Shown: piece after piece, positions 47,451 to 56,818 of the stretch
Layout of the letters: each line of letters opens with the position of its first letter
Numbering within the stretch: position 1 is the stretch's first letter
DNA from: a bacterium
GTDB lineage: Bacteria; Bacteroidota; Bacteroidia; Bacteroidales; Muribaculaceae
Assembly: GCA_963600695.1 (NCBI GenBank)
Contig: CAVCBR010000004.1
Coordinates: forward strand, 135-64,134
DNA length: 64,000 nt
Direction: 5' to 3'
Translations under genes and position numbers: made by a program
The notes under the pieces: generated by a model
Database searches by the model: none
Seen by the model: the letters and a program-made list of their open reading frames with translations, nothing else
What the model was told of the DNA's origin: nothing

Positions 47451-47936
47451 TTATCGTGTTAATCTGTATGTTACTCCTATTCCTATGTATGGCTGAAAGC
47501 CTTTCGGCGTGTAGCCATATCCGCCCTGTAATCCTATCGACCATCGCCTCGACGACTTCTCTGTCCCCTTTGTAACATAATGGGTCTGTTGATAGATATG
47601 TATGCTGTCCAGTGAGGGATTATATCCGCTTACCCACGCCATATATGAGCTGTCGCGGTATTCTTTTTGTGTGATAGGAATTATTACGTCCGCACTGTCC
47701 TTAACGTGCACAACGCGCTCTACGCTGTCTGTGTGCACAATTTCTATCGGTAGCCGCACAACCTCCGTGCGCAATTCTATAACCGTGTCGTATCTTGGGC
47801 ATGAATAACGCAGGGTGTCATGACGCACCTCCGTAATAACCTTCACGCCATCTGTGCGCCACACGCTGTTACTAAACCAACCTACAAGCACGCCAAAGAG
47901 TATGCCGATAAAAAATGGTAGCAACTGTTTCATCAT
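47451..47936 (-). CDS. DUF6808-like spanin-type lysis accessory protein
   Basis: N-terminal TM, IPITQKEY..AWVSGY..LDSI, C-terminal beta hairpin; follows the endolysin. Confidence 0.65.
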   Translation of the reverse strand: MMKQLLPFFIGILFGVLVGWFSNSVWRTDGVKVITEVRHDTLRYSCPRYDTVIELRTEVVRLPIEIVHTDSVERVVHVKDSADVIIPITQKEYRDSSYMAWVSGYNPSLDSIHIYQQTHYVTKGTEKSSRRWSIGLQGGYGYTPKGFQPYIGIGVTYRLTR

Positions 47937-48532
47937 GCGCGAGATTTTAGGTAATTGACGATGCCTTCGACGTGGGCGGCGACGATCATGCGCTTGCCTT
48001 CTTCGCTCAGCAGGAAGTCCACGTCACCGCGGTTGTCTTGGAAAAGATTTTCGGTGAGCACTGCCGGGCATTTTGTCTTGCGCAAGATGTAGTAGTTCGC
48101 CTCCCAATAACGGCACTGAGGCACATAGCGGTTGCCGCGCAAACCGCGTTTGTTGGCGGCGGCATACAGCGACTGCGCCAATGCGCGTGACGCCTGCGAG
48201 GCTCGCGGCGAGACAAAGACACTCCACCCCGAGGCATTGTGCCATTGTCCGTCGGCACCGGCACCGTTGTTGTGCAACGAGATGAGCAGACAGTTATCTG
48301 CGCCATATTTGTCACACGCGGCATTCACACGGCGCACGCGCTCTATCAACGGCACGTCCTCGACCTCCGTCACCAACAGCTGTGCCTCGATGCCGTGCGA
48401 GCGCAACTGTATCGCCAGCATCTGCGCCACTTCGCGCGTCCACGCATACTCGCGAAGACGTCCGTCAGGACTGCACTTGCCCAGGGTGCCGATGCCATGT
48501 CCATTGTCTATGAGCAGGTCTATTTTTGTCAT
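47933..48532 (-). CDS. Endolysin, N-acetylmuramoyl-L-alanine amidase (Amidase_3)
   Basis: IDNGHG, E, ISLHNN, PAVLTENLF. Confidence 0.93.
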   Translation of the reverse strand: MTKIDLLIDNGHGIGTLGKCSPDGRLREYAWTREVAQMLAIQLRSHGIEAQLLVTEVEDVPLIERVRRVNAACDKYGADNCLLISLHNNGAGADGQWHNASGWSVFVSPRASQASRALAQSLYAAANKRGLRGNRYVPQCRYWEANYYILRKTKCPAVLTENLFQDNRGDVDFLLSEEGKRMIVAAHVEGIVNYLKSRA

Positions 48533-49110
48533 GACGCCGCCTCCTTTCCGTCGTCAGCCTTGGCTGCGTTTGTCGCCGGGGCTTTGCTGTCGGCTTTGTC
48601 GTGGCGGTCTGCCTTGTCTGCCTTGTCTTTCAGTTCGCTGAGGTCTATGTCAAAGTGGCGTGAAGTCTTGTCGATGAGTATCTTTTGCAAGACCTTCGCC
48701 CACCGTGCACCGTTGCACGAGCTTTCATTTTCAAGTATTGACCACAACTGCCAAAAACATATCGCACCGGCGGCTACTTTTGTCAAGTCTATGGGCAGAC
48801 CGGCGGTGATGTGCTGCTGTATAAGGTAAGCCATGATGACGAGCGCATACGCCTTGATTAGCGACACGAGTACCGCACCGAAATGATGACTCTTGAACTT
48901 GTGCGCGTCCTCAGACACCCGGTCGGGGTGCGTGCGCGCCGCGCGTCTTGCCAACGACCACGCCGTGTAGCAGTCGGCAAATATCAACATCGTGCATATC
49001 AACAGATATGGCAACGTCGGCTCCAACGCCGCGAGTGTAGCACCTATCGCCGCAAACAACAGGCGCAAAATCTCAGATAAATTGTTCATCTTCCTCATAC
49101 CTCCTTTCAT
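48529..49110 (-). CDS. Holin (alternative starts at 49110, 49098, 49089)
   Basis: TM helices, AD..TA and WSILEN motifs; directly upstream of the endolysin. Confidence 0.8.
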   Translation of the reverse strand: MKGGMRKMNNLSEILRLLFAAIGATLAALEPTLPYLLICTMLIFADCYTAWSLARRAARTHPDRVSEDAHKFKSHHFGAVLVSLIKAYALVIMAYLIQQHITAGLPIDLTKVAAGAICFWQLWSILENESSCNGARWAKVLQKILIDKTSRHFDIDLSELKDKADKADRHDKADSKAPATNAAKADDGKEAAS

Positions 49111-49481
49111 GTGTTGACACCTTCTTTCGCATCGATGTCCGTTTGTTCTTGTGTCGCGGTGGCGAGATTTGCACGCGCCTGTACCTTGCACGCCTCGGCA
49201 AACGCGCTATATTCTGCAAATTCGTCAGCTTTCGTGTCGCGCTGACGGAGGATAGCAAGCTCGGCATTGAGGTCATAACGCTCGCGAATGAGGCGCACGA
49301 CCTCCGCCTCATACTCAGCCTCGGTGTATGTCGGCACGCTCGCCACTTCCTCAAAATTGCTTTCCGTGTCTGTCGGGAGCATTATTGCCGCGCGAACATA
49401 CACATCAGTACCGAGGCGGTGCACATACCCTGCGGTGGCTGTTATCTCTCGAAATTGTCCTTTGTCTGTAATTTTCAGCAT
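49107..49481 (-). CDS. Hypothetical protein, possible tail-fibre chaperone
   Basis: LIRERY...ELAILRQ...EY..F.E.CK. Confidence 0.55.
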   Translation of the reverse strand: MLKITDKGQFREITATAGYVHRLGTDVYVRAAIMLPTDTESNFEEVASVPTYTEAEYEAEVVRLIRERYDLNAELAILRQRDTKADEFAEYSAFAEACKVQARANLATATQEQTDIDAKEGVNT

Positions 49482-49508
49482 AATCTATGATGTTTTGTAG
49501 GTTAATAA

Positions 49509-50747
49509 TCATGAGCCATAAAGCGCGAACGAAATGTTTTTTGCTGTCGCGGCGGTGACGATAGCCGTCCACTGCGCACGCTCCTCCTCAGTCATTGCCG
49601 CGACTTCGGCATTCGATGTGTCGGCGGTCAGCTTGGCGTAAGACGTCGCATCGACAGACAGCGTTATCGCCGCCGTGTTCGTGGCATTCTCAACCATAAA
49701 CGCCCAGCACTCACGTTTGAGCTTCGGCAACGACATCTTCTTCTGCGTTGCGGCAAGACGCTTTATGTTCAGCTCCTCGCAAACTGAAAGACTGACGCCG
49801 TTACCTTTCAATGCACTGCCGTCAACGCCACCGACAAGCCTCTCAACGATGTTGTCAATGCCTAAAAAATAGTTGCCGAATGGCTGTGATGTTTGCACGT
49901 AATACTTCTCCTCGGGGTCGCATAAGTATATCACGCTTGCCGTGCTGTTCCACCATAAGCCATACGTCAGATTTATTCTAAGCGTAACATTCACCCCCGT
50001 GTCGCCAACCATATTTGTGCGACAGCCTTTCAACAGGCGGTTTGTGCCGAATATCGTTTGGTTGCGACACGAATAAATCAATCGCGCCTCATCGTACGGA
50101 ATGCCCGTACAGCCATTTAGCCAAAACTCCGTGCCCTCATCGTTGCAACCGCCAAGCGGTGCGCGTGTCGGATTAATGTCGCGCTTGCACGCCGCGCGCC
50201 ACAGCTCGACGAACTGCGCCCGCGTCACGGCATCGACGTCAACCTCGGGCGTCACACGGCTTGCCACCTCCGAGACAAACGCCTCCTTCTCCTCCGCCGT
50301 CAAGTCCTCAAACGTGCCGTTGTCGCCCTTATCCCCTTTGTCGCCCTTGTCGCCTTTCTCTCCCTTGATGTATGGCAACTGTGCCACGGCTTCCGCCGTC
50401 ATCTCCGTGTCGCCCTTGTCGTTGACAAGTTCAATGTCGAGCACCTCGGGAGCGTACACCGTGCGCTCGCCATCGGGATAAATATCATCTGCGCGATGCG
50501 TCACCACCTCGGCATGCAGACGCCCGCAACCCAACGCCGGAGCATTGACGACGACATGTATCCTGCCGCCGTCATTGAAGCAACCCACGCACTCGCCGCC
50601 ACGGCACGATGCCGTCACCGCACACATCGGCGAGAACGTCCAAAACCGCGCCTCCCAATCAAAGTCCGGAAAGCCTATGTCGTTGCCCTGCGCATCGCGC
50701 AAGGTCAGTATGAAATCAAAATCAGATTTGTAATGTATCTTCGTCAT
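49509..50747 (-). CDS. Tail fibre-like protein with short collagen repeat
   Basis: KGEKGDKGDKGDKGD; C-terminal module shared with 50786-52570. Confidence 0.65.
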   Translation of the reverse strand: MTKIHYKSDFDFILTLRDAQGNDIGFPDFDWEARFWTFSPMCAVTASCRGGECVGCFNDGGRIHVVVNAPALGCGRLHAEVVTHRADDIYPDGERTVYAPEVLDIELVNDKGDTEMTAEAVAQLPYIKGEKGDKGDKGDKGDNGTFEDLTAEEKEAFVSEVASRVTPEVDVDAVTRAQFVELWRAACKRDINPTRAPLGGCNDEGTEFWLNGCTGIPYDEARLIYSCRNQTIFGTNRLLKGCRTNMVGDTGVNVTLRINLTYGLWWNSTASVIYLCDPEEKYYVQTSQPFGNYFLGIDNIVERLVGGVDGSALKGNGVSLSVCEELNIKRLAATQKKMSLPKLKRECWAFMVENATNTAAITLSVDATSYAKLTADTSNAEVAAMTEEERAQWTAIVTAATAKNISFALYGS

Positions 50748-50785
50748 AGTTCGTCAGTATTGTGTTATGGTAATACTTGTGCGCC

Positions 50786-52570
50786 TCACGCATCATTGAC
50801 ACTCTCATCATCGGCAGACGCTTGGGCGATGGAGATATTCTTTGCCAAAGCATCGGCGATTTGCAACTGCGTCAGCCGGGCATAGACATCGGCATGCAAT
50901 GTCAGCGTGCGCGCCTCCGTGCAATTTGACTGCGCCACGATAAACGCCACCGACTCCTGTGACAACTTCGAGCAGTCGCCCAGGTCGAGGTCGCTATCAA
51001 GATTGTAGAGTTGCAATGTCTGCAATGCGTAGCAATGCCAAAAGGCATACTGCGTCGGTGCACCGCTCGCAAGGCGCAAACCTTCGATTGTTTTCAGTGC
51101 CGGGTTGCCGGCGAAACACTCAAATATGCTTGACGCACAACAATAGTCGTTAGTACCGTGACGAAAAGAGATAGCCTCCTTATATAAGTCGTAAGCGAAT
51201 GCTGACGCCATCGAACGACCGGCGCCCGACTTCGACGCCAGCAACAGCGGTAATACCGTGCGCTCATTGTTACCCGCGAAACTGACAGTGGTATCACTAT
51301 TGATAATAGCCGAGTTGCTCCACATCGCTATGCGCCGAGCCTCGGCTTCGGTCAGCGTCAAGCCATTCAGCGTGTATTTGTCGGTGGCATAATCATAGCC
51401 ACCGTATGATTTATCCCCCGTTGGGAGTATTGCGCCACACAGCAGATTAAAAAAAGCGCGGAACCACCGCTTGTCACTCTCGCCGACAGCGACAAGCTCG
51501 CCATCACACACCGTGCACACCCTGCCGTCCATGACATACGTTCTGTCCGTGCGAGCCGTGCCGTCCGCATTGTTATACTCCGTCGACCCTTTCCACTTAC
51601 AATAAGCGTCGCCACCCTCACAGTCGTCGACATCGCCCGAGTGCATCACGCACACAAAGCGATTGTAACCGCGGTGAAACGCCACGTGCCACGTCCCCGA
51701 GGTGCTCCACGCCTCATACTGCGCGTCATCAATCTCAGCCTCAGCCGGCTCGCTCTTCGAGCGCGTACCGTTGACCGTCAGCCACGCCATACCCTTGACA
51801 GCAGTTTCCGCCGCCACAGCCTTCGCCTTGGCGGCTGTGGCAACATCTGTCGCCGCGTCAGCCTTGCTGTCAGCATCATCGGCAGTCTCCAACGCCGTCT
51901 GCGCATTAGAATTTGCTACCGTGGCGGCAGACTTGGCAGCATTGGCAACCGTCTCGGCATTGGTGGCAGATTGTTGCGCATCTGCCACCAATGATGATGC
52001 TTGCTCGGCTGTCACCTTGGCAGCATTGGCTGTTGTCTGCGCATTGGTCGCCATCGTTGTTGCCGCCTGAGCCGCTGTCTTAGCAGACTCGGCAGTAGTT
52101 TGCGCTTCCGCAGCTTTCGACACTCCTTGATTGGCTGTCGTCTGCGCTGCCGTTGCTGATGCCCCGGCATTTGTTGCCATCGTATATGCATCGTCTGCCC
52201 TATTTTTTGCCGTAGCTACCGCCGCCTCTACATCTTCTAACCTGTCTTCGTATGACGCAAGGTCTACCGTGTCACCGCCGCCGGTACCGGTTGTCGCCGT
52301 CCATTCGCCATTTTCAACGATGTACACCGTTGCCGGCAACGACTCTCCAACAAGTGCATACCATCCGACTCGCGGTTTTGGATATGCCGCCGCTAAAGCT
52401 GTTAGCGTCTTGAATAGCCCTTTGTTTTGTCCTTTTACATTGGGGGCATCTATCCATCCCTCAACCTTCAAATTATGACCCACTTTCATTGAGCCGTTAA
52501 TCTTGGCTCTGCCCCCGACTGTCACATCATGTCCTACCGACACATCTCCATCATATTGTTTTGCACTCAT
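50786..52570 (-). CDS. Tail fibre protein
   Basis: Ala/Thr-rich heptad stalk, AYP.P..GWYALVG, C-terminal receptor-binding-like module. Confidence 0.7.
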   Translation of the reverse strand: MSAKQYDGDVSVGHDVTVGGRAKINGSMKVGHNLKVEGWIDAPNVKGQNKGLFKTLTALAAAYPKPRVGWYALVGESLPATVYIVENGEWTATTGTGGGDTVDLASYEDRLEDVEAAVATAKNRADDAYTMATNAGASATAAQTTANQGVSKAAEAQTTAESAKTAAQAATTMATNAQTTANAAKVTAEQASSLVADAQQSATNAETVANAAKSAATVANSNAQTALETADDADSKADAATDVATAAKAKAVAAETAVKGMAWLTVNGTRSKSEPAEAEIDDAQYEAWSTSGTWHVAFHRGYNRFVCVMHSGDVDDCEGGDAYCKWKGSTEYNNADGTARTDRTYVMDGRVCTVCDGELVAVGESDKRWFRAFFNLLCGAILPTGDKSYGGYDYATDKYTLNGLTLTEAEARRIAMWSNSAIINSDTTVSFAGNNERTVLPLLLASKSGAGRSMASAFAYDLYKEAISFRHGTNDYCCASSIFECFAGNPALKTIEGLRLASGAPTQYAFWHCYALQTLQLYNLDSDLDLGDCSKLSQESVAFIVAQSNCTEARTLTLHADVYARLTQLQIADALAKNISIAQASADDESVNDA

Positions 52571-52575
52571 CTTCG

Positions 52576-53211
52576 TTATTCCATTAATGATTTCGCCAAG
52601 TTATCCATCTGCATCGCTTTTTCTACCTCGCCGTATGTTGTCTGAACAAGTGCTGCCACCGTGTACACCACCGCCAAATAGCATCGCTCGCTTATATCTA
52701 TACCATCGTGTTCTATCACGGGATAAGGTATATAGGAGGCTTGCACTATTTCAGCATCATCACCCTTACACGAGTAAAATTCTAACGCCTTACCCTCGGG
52801 ACGATGCACCAACACACATACCGGCTTCTGTGCCGTTCCACGTATTCCTAAATATCGCGAGCTTTGTAGCACATACCGCGGCGAGTCTTCGTCTAAAGCA
52901 TAGTGGCACGCACGCTCCCAATCACTCATCTTGAATGATACCAATCTCATAAAGTCATCAGGCAACAATACATGCCCGCTATGCTTCTCTTCCCAATATA
53001 TCGGTTGTCCTGCAAAGTCATGTCCGCCTTCAAGGTGTCTCAATGCCGCATTGCTATGCACACGTCTCACTGCCTCCGTTATCTTCGACCTTATTATCTC
53101 GTCTAACGACAACGTCTCTATGTCGCCATCATTTATAAGTTGTTCGCTAACCATATTCTCATCAATGGCTATGCGCACATCTCGCATTATCTGCGGTATC
53201 TGATACACCAT
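52576..53211 (-). CDS. Putative head-tail connector
   Basis: LPDDFMRL motif; position downstream of the capsid gene. Confidence 0.5.
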   Translation of the reverse strand: MVYQIPQIMRDVRIAIDENMVSEQLINDGDIETLSLDEIIRSKITEAVRRVHSNAALRHLEGGHDFAGQPIYWEEKHSGHVLLPDDFMRLVSFKMSDWERACHYALDEDSPRYVLQSSRYLGIRGTAQKPVCVLVHRPEGKALEFYSCKGDDAEIVQASYIPYPVIEHDGIDISERCYLAVVYTVAALVQTTYGEVEKAMQMDNLAKSLME

Positions 53212-53217
53212 CGCCGC

Positions 53218-53727
53218 TCACACAAATTTAATGTCTATGCCATTGGCTTGCCCCTGCGCCAATATGTCTGCTCGTGTGCGCATCTTTGAGCGTAATACGC
53301 CATATTCACTTTCGAGATAGTCTTTGGCATCATCATTACAAGAGAACTCTTTTTCGATCTTTGACGGTTCGGCAATATCATTTGTTGTTTTTTCGCTACA
53401 TTCTGCTCGCAGACCTTCTTCCTCTTCTGCCGATGCCTCGGGCACTTCTTTGCCTTTCGCCTCGCCGTTACCCTCAATGTGTAAGTCTTCATCCAGCTCT
53501 ATCTCACTAACGATGTATATGCGTCCGCGTTTAAAGTCCGCACTATGCTCTATGGCATGTTGCACCACAAAATTACTCGTCGTGAATTTTGCCGGTTTTG
53601 TACCCATCGCCGTCGCTGATCCATCACTAAACGGCACCTTCATCATTGCCTTACCTATGCGTATCACTGCCTGATATTCCATCATGCCGCTCACGCCATA
53701 TATCTTTTTTTTCTTTTTCATAATCAA
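53218..53727 (-). CDS. Hypothetical virion-region protein
   Basis: ORF with acidic linker and small C-terminal domain. Confidence 0.6.
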   Translation of the reverse strand: MIMKKKKKIYGVSGMMEYQAVIRIGKAMMKVPFSDGSATAMGTKPAKFTTSNFVVQHAIEHSADFKRGRIYIVSEIELDEDLHIEGNGEAKGKEVPEASAEEEEGLRAECSEKTTNDIAEPSKIEKEFSCNDDAKDYLESEYGVLRSKMRTRADILAQGQANGIDIKFV

Positions 53728-53739
53728 CCTTTTTTTGAT

Positions 53740-53777
53740 AAAAAAGGCGGACGGCGTCTTAGCACCTGTCCGCCTTT
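53740..53777 (-). terminator. Terminator after the major capsid gene
   Basis: aaaggcggac...gtccgccttt stem with T tract on the minus strand. Confidence 0.8.
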
Positions 53778-53799
53778 CCCCTTATTGCTAATCACCGAC

Positions 53800-55350
53800 T
53801 TAACCTGCCATTACATTCCCTGCATATTCAGTCCATGTATATGTCGTTGTCTTTTGATCTCCGGTACCGCTGACAGTTACCTTAACCTGCCACATTTGTC
53901 CCGACATTGCGTCTGCCGATATGCCTGGGCAATCACTGAGCAGATAGTACACCGCACCATCCGAGGGATTTGTCGGTGCTGTTTTGCTATCCCACATATG
54001 GATCTGTGTTGCTGAAGTATTATCAGCTTCACCTTCGCCGTTAATCCATACGTGACATGAACCTTTCAGCGCAAGGGCGTCCCACACCAACAGCGACTCG
54101 CGTGTGGCTTCTTCGCCTTCCATACGGTCGGTGCTGCTATGCTCGGCACTATATTGATAGTGCACGAGTCTGTCGGGCGCACATACAAATGCCGAGTTGC
54201 TCCATTTCATTCTGTCGAGTGTCGGGTCATGCTTAAATTCCAAATCGCCAAACACGGTGTGGAAGTTGGTCACCACCCAACCCATAGGATTGGTTTTCGA
54301 GCTTATCTGTATTTCAGGATGCTTGGAGTAATCGATACATTGAATGTTTTCCAAGAAGTTCTTGCCGGCAAGGCATATTACACTTTTGGGTACGTCTTCG
54401 CCGGTGAACACCATTTTTGCCAATGCAACAATTTCTTCAATCGTCCATTTGCCGACATGTTGCAATTCTTTTTTCACTTGATAGCGCACACCTTCGGTGC
54501 AATAGATGTCTTGAACACCTGCTTTGGGCGTTTGCACTTTGAATTTGCCTTTACGTCCGCCATAAAGCGTACGGTTACCCATAACTTTAAAGTTGGTGAT
54601 GGTCGCTTCTGCTATCACTGCCTTGCTGAATGGTATGCGTTTCTCCTGAGCCTCGAAGTAATCGGATACAATCTGGTTCATGCCGCGTTTCTGCAAATAC
54701 ACAACCGTGGGTTGCGGAACGATCAGATCTGGATCCACCTCTTTTTGTGTCTCATATAACGCATTCGCCAAAATCACAAACGTTGTGCCTGCAGGTATTG
54801 CCGGCGTCGTGCAATACTCGTCTCCACTATTGGCTTTCGGTCCGTTCACCGCACGCACAATGGGGTTGCCGGTGGCAGGATCATGTCCGGTGACAAACAG
54901 CATCAACTCTCGTCCGGGTGTTACCGTCTTGCCATCTGCGGCATAGCCGTCAACTCCTTTTGCCAATAGCGTGCCATAAGGACGTGGCACCGACGCATCA
55001 TTTGCCAACAGTGGCAATATGAATTGTTGCGAGCTGCCGGCACTCACCGCCGTTGTCGATGTCACACTCGAACGAGGTTCATCTATCATATAGTGCTCTA
55101 CTTCGGGTGATTTCACCTGTATTTTTTTGGCGTGTAGCATCAACTGCATTAACGGCGTGTCATCTGACTTAAAATGAAACAACTCGCTGTCGATGTCACG
55201 CTCAATGAAATTGCCTGCGTCTATACCACCGGTTGCTCCGGCGGCACCGCTGACAGTCGCACCTTGACCTGCCACTTGGCTTTTTACACCGGCACTACCC
55301 GGCGTCGGCGTGCCATACGCTCCGCCTACTTGTACTTTTTCTCCGTCCAT
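53800..55350 (-). CDS. Major capsid protein
   Basis: DTPLMQ, F.TVFGDL motifs; 516 aa between scaffold-like gene and terminator. Confidence 0.75.
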   Translation of the reverse strand: MDGEKVQVGGAYGTPTPGSAGVKSQVAGQGATVSGAAGATGGIDAGNFIERDIDSELFHFKSDDTPLMQLMLHAKKIQVKSPEVEHYMIDEPRSSVTSTTAVSAGSSQQFILPLLANDASVPRPYGTLLAKGVDGYAADGKTVTPGRELMLFVTGHDPATGNPIVRAVNGPKANSGDEYCTTPAIPAGTTFVILANALYETQKEVDPDLIVPQPTVVYLQKRGMNQIVSDYFEAQEKRIPFSKAVIAEATITNFKVMGNRTLYGGRKGKFKVQTPKAGVQDIYCTEGVRYQVKKELQHVGKWTIEEIVALAKMVFTGEDVPKSVICLAGKNFLENIQCIDYSKHPEIQISSKTNPMGWVVTNFHTVFGDLEFKHDPTLDRMKWSNSAFVCAPDRLVHYQYSAEHSSTDRMEGEEATRESLLVWDALALKGSCHVWINGEGEADNTSATQIHMWDSKTAPTNPSDGAVYYLLSDCPGISADAMSGQMWQVKVTVSGTGDQKTTTYTWTEYAGNVMAG

Positions 55351-55380
55351 TTTTCTCTCTAAACTGTTTATATTTGTTTG

Positions 55381-55530
55381 TTATTTAATATCACTCTCAA
55401 TGATGTCACTGACTGCCGCCACATTGCTCACCGTGGTCACGCCGCCACCGACATAAGTCTTTTTGCCACTCGTCCCGGGTGAAACCTTTACCGCCGACGA
55501 TGTTACAACCTTTACAACTTCGCCTTCCAT
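55381..55530 (-). CDS. 49-aa minigene paralogous to the capsid N-terminal arm (not in ORF track)
   Basis: MEGEVVKV...PGTSGKKTYVGGGVTTVS...IIESDI; TGATG-coupled to the scaffold gene. Confidence 0.7.
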   Translation of the reverse strand: MEGEVVKVVTSSAVKVSPGTSGKKTYVGGGVTTVSNVAAVSDIIESDIK

Positions 55531-56264
55531 CACATAGCTTCTTTTGCAAGGTCAAACATCGATTGTCCGCTTTTGCCGCCGACATTACCATTCTTGCCGG
55601 CTAATGGTGCCGTGCCGTCACCTTTCTTTGATTTGCGATATCCTTCAACGATTTTATCGTTGCGTCCGGCAATGCGCCCCTCTTCTTCGGCATTCGTGAC
55701 ATCTGTGTCATAATGCAATGCTTTCATTATCATCTCCAATGTCTCGTATGAGAATTTGCCCATGACACCATCGCTGACGATACTCAACAGTTTGTTGACA
55801 ACTTCGTCTATCTGCTCGTCACTTAATCCGCGTGTTTCTTGAAATTGTCGCAAGGTGTCAAGGGTTGCACCCATGTTGGTTTCATACTCCTCATCCAACT
55901 TGCGCGATTTCGCCACGCGCTCGACATATTCTTTGTTTGCCGCCGCTATCTTCTCCTGCATTGCCGGATCATCTAATACGTCTTTGATTTCTATGCCAAA
56001 GTTGCGTATCAAACCCACCACCGGATCTTCGCCCCTGTGCATATCCGTCAAAAATTGTGCACTCCGTGGATCGGCAGCAAACATATCAGACAAGACTTTT
56101 TCGCGATCTCGATATTCCCCCAACTTTTGCTCGTAATCATCGTAATCGTCGTAAATCGTGCCGTAAACTTCGTCGTCATCCTCAAATTTTTTATCGGGAT
56201 ATTTTTTGCGCAACCGCTCTATTTGTTGCTCTCGTCTACTCTTATTCTCTTTTATATCAGCCAT
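55530..56264 (-). CDS. Putative capsid scaffolding protein
   Basis: Acidic, helical, upstream of capsid; start at MADIKEN. Confidence 0.6.
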   Translation of the reverse strand: MADIKENKSRREQQIERLRKKYPDKKFEDDDEVYGTIYDDYDDYEQKLGEYRDREKVLSDMFAADPRSAQFLTDMHRGEDPVVGLIRNFGIEIKDVLDDPAMQEKIAAANKEYVERVAKSRKLDEEYETNMGATLDTLRQFQETRGLSDEQIDEVVNKLLSIVSDGVMGKFSYETLEMIMKALHYDTDVTNAEEEGRIAGRNDKIVEGYRKSKKGDGTAPLAGKNGNVGGKSGQSMFDLAKEAM

Positions 56265-56300
56265 TTCCACATTTTTATTATGGTTGTTTTTATCTGCATA

Positions 56301-56338
56301 CAAAAATACCCTATTCTTTAACCCCTCGGCTTTTATCT
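56301..56338 (-). promoter_or_regulatory. Putative phage late promoter (copy 3)
   Basis: AGATAAAA-N22-TATTTTTG on the minus strand. Confidence 0.6.
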
Positions 56339-56389
56339 TTTGTGACACATTATATGTATCTTTATATCACTATTTTACATATCCATTTT

Positions 56390-56818
56390 ATGAAACATTT
56401 CGGTTCCATACTCGAGTTTACTCATCAACGCAACAACGACCTCCTTCGCGTCTTTCGGCGACACATTGCCGAGGCTGATTACGTCGTCATGCCTAACATC
56501 TTCAAGATTGTCGCCGACTCTCCCTCCATACGCTTCTGGGTTTCCGAAGAACGTGCCGCCATCGTCATATCTATGATGCTCGCCGGCAAACCGCTGCCAC
56601 CAATGCGCCCGAACAAATGCGAAATGTTTCAAGAAATCTTCAAACGCTACCTCGAAATGCGCCATCAACACCCCGATAAATCGGTCTTCGCACTCGTCTC
56701 AGTCATCGTTAATCAACCTGCCCCCAAATTTTATCTTACACCTCGCACTGTTGGCGAAATAATTTATCGTATACGCAATGGCTGGTATGACAACAGATAT
56801 ATCTCAAATAATAAATAA
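56390..56818 (+). CDS. Putative DNA-binding protein with internal repeat (late activator or small terminase)
   Basis: SPSIRFWVSEERAAIVI / QPAPKFYLTPRTVGEII; start at MKHFGS. Confidence 0.55.
   Translation: MKHFGSILEFTHQRNNDLLRVFRRHIAEADYVVMPNIFKIVADSPSIRFWVSEERAAIVISMMLAGKPLPPMRPNKCEMFQEIFKRYLEMRHQHPDKSVFALVSVIVNQPAPKFYLTPRTVGEIIYRIRNGWYDNRYISNNK

Noticed and set aside
51780..52230. Repetitive GCN-rich DNA as a repeat element
   Set aside because: Explained by the Ala/Thr heptad stalk of the tail fibre.
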